From Rickettsiales bacterium (lineage in GTDB: Bacteria > Pseudomonadota > Alphaproteobacteria > Rickettsiales > JABIRX01), in assembly GCA_016780625.1 (NCBI GenBank), contig JADHLN010000001.1, forward strand, positions 23,993 through 87,992: a stretch of DNA of 64,000 bases, read 5' to 3'. The notes under the pieces are model-generated. The model saw only the letters and a program-made list of their open reading frames with translations, was not told where the DNA came from and did no database searches. Positions 1-9,900 of the stretch are shown one piece after another. Each line of letters begins with the position of its first letter. Position 1 is the first letter of the stretch. The position numbers and the translations under genes were made by a program.

Positions 1-559
1 TAATCTCTCTATTTTTACCTTCGGTAAGGGTTATTTCTAGCCATGAATTAGTAGATTTGCGAATTACCTTAACTATAATTGGACGATATTGAATATTTTC
101 TATTTTTATTCCCTTAGCAAGTTTATTTATGTGCTCTTCTGAAATTTGGCCAAAAATTCTAACTTTATAAACTCGTTTAAAATTATTTTTTGGTAATTCA
201 TATTTTCTTTTTAATTCACCATCATTAGTAAGTAATAATAATCCCTCACTATTATAATCAAGCCTACCAATTGAATGGAAATTAGCTAATTTTTCTGGTA
301 ATAAGGAAAAGATAGTATTTCTGTTTTGCGGGTCAGAATGGGAGTTAATATAACCTCTTGGCTTATAAAAAATATATAATTCAGCTTTATTAGCTTCTAA
401 TATTTTATCGTTAAAACTAACTTTATCACTTGGCGATACTATAGTTGCTAAATTAGTAACAATTTTACCATTAATTTTTATTTTTTTTGAGTTGATTAAT
501 AGATCAGCTTGGCGTCTTGAGCATATACCACACTTAGCTATATATTTATTTATGCGCAT
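1..559 (-). CDS. Pseudouridine synthase, RsuA/RluB family (N-terminal part only; gene runs off the left window edge)
   Basis: Absent from the ORF track because it is open at the window edge. My reverse-strand translation from the ATG (rc of 557-559) reads MRINKYIAKCGICSRRQADLLINSKKIKINGK (S4-like RNA-binding N-terminus), then FYKPRGYINS, HSIGRLDYNSEGLLLLTNDGEL (GRLD catalytic-Asp motif) and KRVYKVRIFG. It overlaps the stop of the next gene by 14 nt. Confidence 0.85.
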   Translation of the reverse strand, partial: MRINKYIAKCGICSRRQADLLINSKKIKINGKIVTNLATIVSPSDKVSFNDKILEANKAELYIFYKPRGYINSHSDPQNRNTIFSLLPEKLANFHSIGRLDYNSEGLLLLTNDGELKRKYELPKNNFKRVYKVRIFGQISEEHINKLAKGIKIENIQYRPIIVKVIRKSTNSWLEITLTEGKNREI

Positions 560-1265
560 TACAATAATCTATAAAAGATGCAAATAATTTATGATCTAAG
601 CTATTAACAAGATATTCTGGATGCCATTGCACACCTATCATAAAGGGGTAGAAGATATGTTCTATAGCCTCAATTATATCATCATCTGCTCTAGCAGAAA
701 TTTTAAATTCATCACCTAAATTTAAAATTGATTGATGATGTGAGCTGTTAACACCAATTATTTTCTTATCTCCGACTAGCTTATAGAGTAAGGAATTTTC
801 TTCAATATGAATATTATGTGCTACTTCATTATAGGGTTTTTTTTCATGTTCTAGCTCAGTTTCTAAGTGATCATTTATATCTTGGGTTAAACTTCCGCCA
901 AACATGACATTTAATAATTGCATCCCCCCACAAATACCAAATATAGGTTTTTTTTGCTTTATTATTGCTTTTGTGATTTTCCACTCAAATTTTGTACGTA
1001 ATTTATTAAATTTAACAGATTCATGTATATTTAAGTCTCCATATAATATTGGTGGTATATCACTTGCTCCTCCTGTTAATATTAACCCATCAATAATTTT
1101 AGCATAATTATCAATATCATTCATAGAAAAAGGCAGGATTATTACAGTCGCATCCAGTTTATTCAATATTTCCACATAATTAGTTCTTAAGGCATAATAC
1201 GGATTATTTGAATATCCATTTGCTTCAGAATAATCAGCTACTAGTCCAATGAGAGGTTTTGGCAT
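546..1265 (-). CDS. Class I glutamine amidotransferase-like hydrolase (peptidase C26 / PuuD-type gamma-glutamyl hydrolase family)
   Basis: 239 aa. Nucleophile elbow GICGGMQLLNV and C-terminal GVQWHPE His/Glu motif. Confidence 0.8.
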   Translation of the reverse strand: MPKPLIGLVADYSEANGYSNNPYYALRTNYVEILNKLDATVIILPFSMNDIDNYAKIIDGLILTGGASDIPPILYGDLNIHESVKFNKLRTKFEWKITKAIIKQKKPIFGICGGMQLLNVMFGGSLTQDINDHLETELEHEKKPYNEVAHNIHIEENSLLYKLVGDKKIIGVNSSHHQSILNLGDEFKISARADDDIIEAIEHIFYPFMIGVQWHPEYLVNSLDHKLFASFIDYCNAHK

Positions 1266-1366
1266 TTATTTAGGCTGTACTTATATAATTTTTTTATTAT
1301 TATATATGGTTTTTAAATATTTGCTAGAGCTAAAGAAAAATTTGCATATTACAAAAATTTAATAAT

Positions 1367-2320
1367 ATGAATAGTAACATATCATTGCCTATTAAAATTG
1401 GCTCAAGAACAAGTGAGCTAGCTATAGCTCAAGCCAACCAAGTAAAAAATAAATTATTAGAGTCATTTCCTGAGATTAAAAATTCTGATATTGAAATAAT
1501 AACTATGCAGACTACAGGAGATAAATTACTGGATAAAAATTTAAGCTTATTTGGAGGAAAAAGTGTTTTTACAAAAGAAATTGAGGAAGCTTTACTAGCA
1601 AAGAAAATAGATATTGCTGTGCATTCTATGAAAGATGTACCAGCAATATTACCTAAAACACTTTTTATCAAAGCAATAGTTGAAAGGGAAGAGGCTACTG
1701 ATGCTTTTATATCAAATAAATATAAAAATTTACTTCATTTACCTAAAAATGCAGTAATTGGTACTTCGTCAATTAGACGTAAAGCTATTTTATTATATTT
1801 AAGAAAAGATTTAAAAATCATTGATTTTAGAGGGAATATTAACACCAGATTAAGAAAGCTTAAAGAACAAGATATTGATGGGATAATTCTAGCTACATCA
1901 GGTTTAAAAAGAGTTGGTATAACCTCTGTAATTACAAAAAAAATACCAACTGATATGATGGTCCCTGCTATGGGTCAAGGTGCAATAGGAGTAGAATGTA
2001 GGGAAGATGATTATGCAATACATAAAATATTAGAAAAAATTAATCACAAAGAATCTGAGTTTTGTGTATCTTTAGAAAGAGAATTTATGTTGCAAATTGA
2101 TGGAAGTTGTCAAACCCCAATAGGCTGTTTTGCTAAATTTGTAGGATCTGATATTCAAATAAAAGCAACTATTATCCATCCAGATGGCACAAAAAAAATA
2201 GATAAGAATATTATCGTCTCAAAAGAAGATGCCTTTACAAGCATTAACCATATTGTAGAAGAATTCAAAGAAAAGGGGGCAGATATAATAGAATATATAA
2301 AAAAACATAGTAATGTATAA
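1367..2320 (+). CDS. hemC: Porphobilinogen deaminase (hydroxymethylbilane synthase)
   Basis: 317 aa. Motifs IGSRTSELAIAQA, IGTSSIRRKA, GNINTRLRKL, and the cofactor-binding Cys in GSCQTPIG. Confidence 0.95.
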   Translation: MNSNISLPIKIGSRTSELAIAQANQVKNKLLESFPEIKNSDIEIITMQTTGDKLLDKNLSLFGGKSVFTKEIEEALLAKKIDIAVHSMKDVPAILPKTLFIKAIVEREEATDAFISNKYKNLLHLPKNAVIGTSSIRRKAILLYLRKDLKIIDFRGNINTRLRKLKEQDIDGIILATSGLKRVGITSVITKKIPTDMMVPAMGQGAIGVECREDDYAIHKILEKINHKESEFCVSLEREFMLQIDGSCQTPIGCFAKFVGSDIQIKATIIHPDGTKKIDKNIIVSKEDAFTSINHIVEEFKEKGADIIEYIKKHSNV

Positions 2321-2990
2321 TATTTGTTGTTTTAGGCATAATAATGCTTCTCCTGACATAGGTAATAAATTAGCAAAGCAGCAAATAAATTTTTTTGATT
2401 ATAAAATAGCTAATATTCACTATAATAGCTCATTAGATTTTAAATATTTAGAAAGTTTTTCTAAAATTATTCTTACAAGTAGAAATACAATTAGAGAAGA
2501 AGATTTAGAAAATTGGCAAAAATTAAATCTTAAAATAGAGTTTATAATTATAGGTAAAAATTTTTCTTCATATCTCAAAGAAAATAACATCAAAAACATT
2601 CAGATATTTAATTCAGTAAAAGATGTTGCTGCAATAATTAATGCAACAGATAGTTATTTATATATTAGAGGAGAAAATATTAGTTATGATCTAGCATTCT
2701 CTTATCCTCATATAAAAGAAATATTATTTTACAGGCTAGAATTTAATAATATTAATAAAAGTGATATCTTAAATTTCTTTCTAAAAAATAACATTAATCA
2801 AATTTTATTTTTAAGCATAGAAACTGCTAAATTTATTACAGAAAAAATTAGTAAAACAGAGTTACAAAAATTTGAAATAATTTGTTTAAGTAACAGGATA
2901 GCAAAATATTTTGCTGATTTTCATGATAATATTCTTTATCCTAAAGAGCCTGAAGTTGATTTATTAACAAATTTAATTCTAAAAAAATAA
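2313..2990 (+). CDS. Probable uroporphyrinogen-III synthase (divergent HemD-like)
   Basis: 225 aa. Overlaps the hemC stop by 8 nt, the classic hemC-hemD position. Only weak HemD-like patches are visible (IILTSRNTIRE, ILFLSIETAKFI). The call rests mainly on position. Confidence 0.45.
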   Translation: MYNICCFRHNNASPDIGNKLAKQQINFFDYKIANIHYNSSLDFKYLESFSKIILTSRNTIREEDLENWQKLNLKIEFIIIGKNFSSYLKENNIKNIQIFNSVKDVAAIINATDSYLYIRGENISYDLAFSYPHIKEILFYRLEFNNINKSDILNFFLKNNINQILFLSIETAKFITEKISKTELQKFEIICLSNRIAKYFADFHDNILYPKEPEVDLLTNLILKK

Positions 2991-3299
2991 ATGTTTGGCA
3001 TCTCATTCTTTGAATTATTAATAGTTATTTTAGCAGCCATAATAATTATTAACCCAAATGATTATCCTAAATGCTTTAATTTCTTAAATAAACTTTATAA
3101 CGAATTAAAAAAAGCCTATTTATCAGCATTAGATGAGTTTGAAAAATTAAAGCAAGAGTCAGGGTTCTCTTCTGAAGCAAAAAAAATAAAAAGTGATATT
3201 GAAAATTTAGATGATGATTTAAAAAAAATTATAGGTGATGATGGTAAGCAATATGATGCTTATGATGTTAAAAAAATAATTAAGGACAATGAAAAATAA
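2991..3299 (+). CDS. tatB: Sec-independent (Tat) translocase subunit, TatA/B family, TatB-like
   Basis: 102 aa. N-terminus MFGISFFELLIVILAAIIII (F-x-I-x-x-x-E-L TM helix, Glu8 as in TatB) followed by an amphipathic charged helix. Lies immediately upstream of tatC and overlaps it. Confidence 0.65.
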   Translation: MFGISFFELLIVILAAIIIINPNDYPKCFNFLNKLYNELKKAYLSALDEFEKLKQESGFSSEAKKIKSDIENLDDDLKKIIGDDGKQYDAYDVKKIIKDNEK

Positions 3300-4005
3300 T
3301 TTTTTAAATCATATTAAAGAATTAAGAAATAGAATAATATTGATATTTATATTTTTTATTATCTCTTTTATTTTTTCCTATCATTACATAGAAGAAATCT
3401 ATGATTTTATTTTATTGCCACTTAGTAATTTAAAAGAGGTTAACGAATCAAAAAGAATAATTTACACTAATTTAACAGAAGCTTTTACTTCATATATTAG
3501 GCTTAGCTTTACTTTTACCATATTAATTTTATTTCCATATATTATCTGGCATATTTACCGTTTTATTGCTCCTGCTTTATATAAAAAGGAAAAGAAAATA
3601 TTTAATATAATTCTAATTTCTTCACCAATTTTATTTTATTTAGGATGTGCATTTGCTTATAAAATTGCTCTACCGTTAGCTTTTGATTTTTTTTTGGGAT
3701 TTGAAAATCAAACCAGTAATTTACCATTAATATTAGAAGCTAAAATAAGCGAATATTTAAAGCTTAGCCAAAAAATCATAATAGCATTTGGCTTAGTATT
3801 TCAACTGCCAGTAATTGTAATATTATTAATTAAGTCAGATATTATTTCATTAGAGAATTTGAAAAAAAATAGGAAATACGCAATAGTAATATTTTTTATA
3901 TTAGGGGCAATCATAACACCTCCAGATATAATTTCTCAAATAGCTATTGCAATACCTATGCTCATATTATATGAGTTAACATTAATAATTGCCAAAAAAC
4001 TATAA
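3289..4005 (+). CDS. tatC: Tat translocase subunit TatC
   Basis: 238 aa. N-terminal HIKELRNRII, about six hydrophobic spans, and a start that overlaps tatB by 11 nt. Confidence 0.9.
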   Translation: MKNNFLNHIKELRNRIILIFIFFIISFIFSYHYIEEIYDFILLPLSNLKEVNESKRIIYTNLTEAFTSYIRLSFTFTILILFPYIIWHIYRFIAPALYKKEKKIFNIILISSPILFYLGCAFAYKIALPLAFDFFLGFENQTSNLPLILEAKISEYLKLSQKIIIAFGLVFQLPVIVILLIKSDIISLENLKKNRKYAIVIFFILGAIITPPDIISQIAIAIPMLILYELTLIIAKKL

Positions 4006-4016
4006 TATATTGCACA

Positions 4017-5273
4017 ATGCATGATATAAATAAAATTAGAGAAAACCCCATAGAATTTGATAAAGAATTAGCCAGAAGAGGGGAAAAGAAACTAGCAGAA
4101 GAAATAATTGCTCTTGATAATCTGGTAAGAAAAGAAAAAACTAATTTACAAAATTTATTATCAGAAAAAAATAATATAGCTAAAGAAATAGGTTTTGTTA
4201 AATCTAAAAAACAAGATGCTTCAAGCCTATTTAAAAAAGCAGATGCCATAAAAAAAGAAATTTCCCAATTAGAAAATAATCAAAATCAAGCAAAGCTTAA
4301 TGAAATATTAGCATCAATTCCAAATTTATTATCTTCCGATGTTCCAAATGGTGAAAGTGAAAAAGATAATATTTTAATTCGTGAGTTTGGTAATATTCCA
4401 AATTTTAATTTTAGCCCAAAACAACATTTTGAATTTGATGATGACTTAATGAATTTTAGTGATGCTGCTAAAATTAGTGGAGCTAGATTTGTTATTTTAA
4501 AAGAGAATTTAGCCAAGTTAGAGAGAGCTCTAGCAAATTTTATGCTAGATCTTTTAACTGAAAAATTTGGTTTTACAGAAATTTCAGTTCCATTATTAGT
4601 AAATGATAAAACAATGTTTGGTACAGGCCAATTACCTAAATTTGCAGAAGACGCTTTCAAGACTGAAGATGGGAAGTGGTTAATTTCAACTTCTGAAATT
4701 GCTTTAACAAATATAGCACAAGATAAAATCCTAAAACCAGAAGAATTACCAAAAAGATATGTAGCATATACACCATGCTTTAGAAAAGAAGCTGGATCTG
4801 CGGGAAAAGACACTAGAGGTATGATCCGTTTGCATCAATTTAACAAAGTTGAAATGGTTTGCTTAACAAAAGAAAGTGAATCTGATAATGAGCATGAAAA
4901 AATAACAGCCATAGCAGAAGAGATTTTAAAACAATTAGAGTTACCTTATAGAGTTATGCTTTTATGTAGTAAAGATACTGGTTTTAGTGCTAAAAAAACA
5001 TATGATTTAGAAGTATGGTTACCTGGACAAAATTGTTATAGAGAGATTTCAAGCTGTTCAAATTGTGGAGATTTTCAAGCTAGAAGAATGAAAGCAAGAA
5101 TGAAAAATAAAGATGGGAAAAATAGCTATATTCATAGCTTAAACGGTTCAGCACTTGCAGTTGGTAGAACATTAGTAGCAATTCTAGAAAATTATCAAAA
5201 TGAAGATGGTTCAATTACTATACCTAAAGCTTTAAAACCATATATGAATAATAAAAATAAAATCCTAGCTTAA
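4017..5273 (+). CDS. serS: Seryl-tRNA synthetase
   Basis: 418 aa. N-terminal coiled-coil arm, class II motifs (RLHQFNKVE, GSALAVGRTLVAILENYQ) and TSEIALTN. Confidence 0.95.
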   Translation: MHDINKIRENPIEFDKELARRGEKKLAEEIIALDNLVRKEKTNLQNLLSEKNNIAKEIGFVKSKKQDASSLFKKADAIKKEISQLENNQNQAKLNEILASIPNLLSSDVPNGESEKDNILIREFGNIPNFNFSPKQHFEFDDDLMNFSDAAKISGARFVILKENLAKLERALANFMLDLLTEKFGFTEISVPLLVNDKTMFGTGQLPKFAEDAFKTEDGKWLISTSEIALTNIAQDKILKPEELPKRYVAYTPCFRKEAGSAGKDTRGMIRLHQFNKVEMVCLTKESESDNEHEKITAIAEEILKQLELPYRVMLLCSKDTGFSAKKTYDLEVWLPGQNCYREISSCSNCGDFQARRMKARMKNKDGKNSYIHSLNGSALAVGRTLVAILENYQNEDGSITIPKALKPYMNNKNKILA

Positions 5274-6920
5274 AATAATAAGCTCATCCTTTTTTAAATA
5301 AATTTTAAAAATAACATTTTTCATTAAATCAGCATTTTTTAAGCTAATTTGATCATTACAATTATTGTTATTTGCATAATTCACAACAAGATCAGATTTT
5401 AAACAAATATTTTGTAATTCATTATTATTTATTTTCTTTAAAATTAAGGCTATTTTATGTTTGTTTTTTTCATAAACACAATAATTACCATGACATTTTA
5501 AATTTTTATCATGAAAATTAGCAATATTTATGGAGCTTAAATTTCTAAAGTAATTTTGAGCTTTCTTTAAAATATATTTATTTTTGATAAAGTCTGGATA
5601 AATGTAATTATTATCAGAATTTACAATAAATAATTTATTATAACTTACAGTTAAATCTGGTTTTGGATCATAAATATAAGGGAAAAAATAAGAAGAAAAA
5701 TATAAAGTAATTACTATGTAAAATCTTTTTTTATCTTTAAAAACTAATAAAATTAATAAAGCAATGAAGGCAAATATCAATGAATAGCCATTAAAATATA
5801 AATTTATTAAACTCACATTAAAAAATTCATTAAAAAATTTTGCTAAATAAATAAAATTATCAAGAAAAAATTCATAAATGAAAAATAAATTTAGTTTTTC
5901 ATTAATTAAAACCAAAATAAAGCATAAAAATCCAAGAGGCACAATTATAAATGAAGCTATTGGTAACAAAAATAAATTAGCTATAGGTGCTATTATTGAT
6001 GCATTATTAAAATGATAGCAAATAAAAGGAAGGGTGGCTAAAGATACTAAAATAGATGAATAAAAAATTTTAATAAAATAATTATTCTTACTGCTATGTT
6101 GGTAATATAATGCGATAATTAGAGTAGCTACAAAAGATAATTGAAAAGCAGGTGAAAAAATATTATCAGCATTATTTAATGCTATAAAAATTGCAGATAT
6201 TAAAATTATCTTGGCAAAATCAATTTTTATTTCAAGTAATATGCCTATTACAAAAAATAAAATAAATAATAATGCTCTTTGACCAGAAATAGGAAAATTA
6301 GCAATTGCTAAAAATGCAAAACTAGTAAAAAGCGATAAAATTGCTGCAATTTTTTTGCTATTATAATTTAAAGATATTTTTGGTATTAAGCCAATTAATC
6401 TTCTAAAAAATAAAAAAGACATAAAAGCCACCCCTCCAATATGAAGGCCAGAAATTGCTAAAATATGAGAAATTCCAATATTAAAAAAAACTTCTTTTAT
6501 TTCTTTCGGGATATATATTTTTGCTCCAGTAATTAAAGCATAAGCTAGATAATGTTTAGTATATTTTTCTATTATTGAAAGAGATTTCTCATGTAAATAA
6601 TTTTTTGGATATTTTTCTTTATTGATTATTTGAACATCCTTTATTGGAGACAGAATTTTATAACATTTATCTCTAAAACAAATATTTGGCTTGATATATC
6701 CAGCGACTTTAATGAGATTTGAGTTTTGATATTTTTGTTCTCTATCAAATAAAATAAGTTTTTCATAATCATTTTTATCTTCTTTAACTATTAAATATGT
6801 ATTATTTCTAGAAATAATGTGAAAATTTTTTTCAATTTTTTGATAGGAATAATATTTAATTTCAGCAATAGCAGAGTTAAATGGCCATATAATAAAAAAC
6901 ACACACAATATAAATTTCAT
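5265..6920 (-). CDS. comEC: ComEC/Rec2-family DNA internalisation channel protein (short form, no recognisable metallo-beta-lactamase domain)
   Basis: 551 aa. Competence-domain signature GISHILAISGLHIG followed by many TM spans. No HxHxDH motif appears in the C-terminal ~110 aa. The start lies 4 nt after the stop of the giant upstream gene. Confidence 0.8.
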   Translation of the reverse strand: MKFILCVFFIIWPFNSAIAEIKYYSYQKIEKNFHIISRNNTYLIVKEDKNDYEKLILFDREQKYQNSNLIKVAGYIKPNICFRDKCYKILSPIKDVQIINKEKYPKNYLHEKSLSIIEKYTKHYLAYALITGAKIYIPKEIKEVFFNIGISHILAISGLHIGGVAFMSFLFFRRLIGLIPKISLNYNSKKIAAILSLFTSFAFLAIANFPISGQRALLFILFFVIGILLEIKIDFAKIILISAIFIALNNADNIFSPAFQLSFVATLIIALYYQHSSKNNYFIKIFYSSILVSLATLPFICYHFNNASIIAPIANLFLLPIASFIIVPLGFLCFILVLINEKLNLFFIYEFFLDNFIYLAKFFNEFFNVSLINLYFNGYSLIFAFIALLILLVFKDKKRFYIVITLYFSSYFFPYIYDPKPDLTVSYNKLFIVNSDNNYIYPDFIKNKYILKKAQNYFRNLSSINIANFHDKNLKCHGNYCVYEKNKHKIALILKKINNNELQNICLKSDLVVNYANNNNCNDQISLKNADLMKNVIFKIYLKKDELIILS

Positions 6921-6924
6921 TTAG

Positions 6925-9900
6925 TTAATATTGGTACCATTTTTGATTAGCATTACCAGTACAATCTCTTACATAAACCTGCTCGTTATAACCCATATCT
7001 GTAAGGCATTGATATGTTCCATTATCGGTATTGGTTATAAAACGGTTCTGATCATCATAATACCATTTTTGATTTTCATAATCACTATGAGATGTTGAAT
7101 GACAACTATGTATTTTAACATCCCCATTATAGTCATTACCTTCTAAATCCATACATTTTTGGGAATAAACATCCTTAATTTGGTTTGTACCATGTCTATA
7201 AAATTGCCTATTTCCACGTGCAGCGCAATTATAAGCTTTTACTGCGCAGCCATTACTTGTGCACTCCCAATCCAAGCAATTACCATTTCCGCTTTTTAGC
7301 ATGCTGAATATATCTCCTGTTAATTTTAACAATTCACAACCATTATTTGTAGCTGTAATAGCACCATCATAACAGCTTAAGGTAATATTATTATCATTAT
7401 CAGAACTAGTTAAAGGGGAGTCATGATTTAAATCATTTCTATCTTTACATTTAATCACTGCATTGTCCCCCCATGTATGTAAGGTTCCAGCGTTAATATT
7501 TATTGATTTTACCCAACCACTAGGTTTGTAGTTATAATTTGATGCATCACATGTTCTTTTACAATTTGAATCATAATCTGTAGTTAACGTTCCATCATTA
7601 CATTTTACCAGAGCAATCCTCTCAGTATTTAGAGACATAGATTCAAAATTATCACATAATTGCCTACTATCTTGACCTGAACTCATACCGCCTGAAGTTA
7701 TAAAGCTCTCTACATTGTCATTTGAATAATATTTAGAACCACCAACATCTATATCAGCCTTACCAAAACACTTTCTTGCACAACCATTTGATTTTACTCT
7801 CAGAGCAAAATCTGATTGTCTACTTTCTCTAGATTTAGAAGTATTTCCTACATTTTGACATCTTATTTTATAAGTTCCGCTGAGAGGAGTTCCTCCAGAA
7901 GCGGTAAAATTACTACAATTATATGTTACCTCACTCTCAGAGTTAATATTTGATGGCATGTTATATGAATATGTTTTTCCTCCCTTACTGAAAGTTAAAT
8001 TTTGAGCTGGGCATTGAATTCTTCGACAACTATCTGTTACTCTTGTGATATTATTATTCCAGCCAGCATTATTTGCTTTACAAACATCTCTTGCAGTTAT
8101 TGTACCAGTATATTTATAGTCACAATAGGTTGTAGCACGATGTTCCTTATCAATTGTAGAATCTTGATTTCCTGCTTCAGTATAATCTGCAGTAGAAGCG
8201 GCAAAATAAAATCTTTGATTATTATGATCATCATTACCATTTCTACCATGATAATGGTAACTTCCATCAGATGCATATCTTAATCTCTGTGTACTATATT
8301 TAGCAGGGCATCCAGGTACACAATGTCCTTGTAAATAGTGCCAATTTCCATATTGATCACATCTTGATATAGGGGTTTTAACAGTATTTGATCCTGGAGG
8401 ACATGTTCCAGACACTTGCAAGGTATATGGTATTGTTGAAGGAATGGTAGAATATCTTGCTACTCCATCATTATTAATGTTTGTATCTGTTGCAGGGCAA
8501 TTTTGATAATTATGGCAAGCATTTGAAAAAGGAGTTTTTACTCCCCATTGGTTGCAATTTTCATAACATGATTTTATTTGCGAATAATCTGTATATTTAT
8601 TAAAGCAATCACAGGCTTCATAATCTTTCAGCCTGTAATATAAACATAATTTTTGATTATTTGCTCCATAATCAACTATATTTTCCATTTCAATTTTAAG
8701 GTCATGATAATAATCAAACTTTTTGTGAATAATAACTGATTCCTTATCAACTCCAGAGCTTCTACTATTTGGTTTTGAAGGAGAGCTTTGTCTTGCATCA
8801 ATAGTATTTTCAGGTTGTAAACCAGGTGATATCAAGGAGAAAATACTATTATTAGCTAAATCTACTGAACCATCATAAAAGCTATGTCTATTTTTTAAGA
8901 TATTTGCATCAACCGAGAAGCTAAAACCAAATAAATCTACATTATTATTTAAGTTACCATCAACAAGCTGATTATTAGAATTAACAATCCTAGGATCACG
9001 ATAAGATATTTTAATGTCGTAAATTGGGTTAATTGAGCTAAATCCCTGAGTGGTAGCTTCATTGAATGAATAGGTTTCCTTATGCATATTATAAGAAAGA
9101 TTAAGTATTTTTCTAGGTAATATTGAGCATAAATTATGACCCTTCGTATCAGATTCAGCACCATATGGAGTATCATTTGTAAAATAAGTATAATAATTAT
9201 CACCATCAGCTCTTCTTAATTTATAATCATCTTTAAAATGATTATTTATTTTTCCAGGAATATTAGCAAAAAAAGGCATTTGTTTTAGGGGATTATTTTC
9301 TAATTTCTCATTATTAGCTGTATCATTAGGCATAAATAATAATTTATCTGCATCGGCATGAGAGGTTAAAGAATTTGAATAAGCAATATTTCCAAACTGT
9401 CCAGCAGAGCTATATTTCTGGTTAAAAGCATTATGTAAACACATATGATTGTAAAATTTAGGATCTAAATAAGATGGATCATTATGCAAAATACATTCTT
9501 TAGTATAATTATTAACATTATTTGAGCTAGATTGAATATAGTCTCCAATAGTTATTTCCTTTTGAACTATTTCAGAGGTTTTAGGATAATAATATTGGCA
9601 ATATTTTGTACCTATATCTATATTAATTTCTTGTTTTATTGTCATTAATTCAGGTCTAAGAACTATACCAGAATTGGAGTTTTTAATTGCATCTCTAAAA
9701 ATCATTTCATTTCCAGTTAAGCTATTTTCAATTTCATATTTTTCATAAAGATTAATAACAGAATTAAGGCTGTTAATATTTCTTTCTTTCATTCTTATAG
9801 CCATTTTAGGAGTGTCATATGTTGAACCAATACCAAGAGAAGAAACCATTATAGATGAACCAGCTTCATCAATATTAAAATCTGCCATTTTAAAACATTT

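Noticed and set aside
4286-4813. A 175-aa ORF antisense to serS, and similar antisense or out-of-frame ORFs in the track: 904-1107, 1429-1671, 3962-4249, 8002-8283, 8949-9206, 9981-10169, 11579-11833, 11647-11997, 12460-12687, 14854-15198, 16007-16246, 18066-18410, 20783-21043, 26567-26824, 27245-27472, 30180-30368, 33869-34090, 34893-35144, 36266-36511, 36551-36760, 37612-37815, 38138-38395, 39550-39750, 41063-41365, 41849-42112, 41977-42177, 42122-42406, 44723-44938, 47688-47930, 48809-49012, 51857-52159, 53337-53552, 53992-54249, 56210-56404, 56921-57112, 57060-57368, 60009-60281.
   Set aside because: Each lies entirely within a longer ORF that has clear family motifs on the other strand or frame. 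The translations are low-complexity (Ile/Leu/Phe/Ser/Lys-rich), typical of shadow frames in AT-rich DNA.
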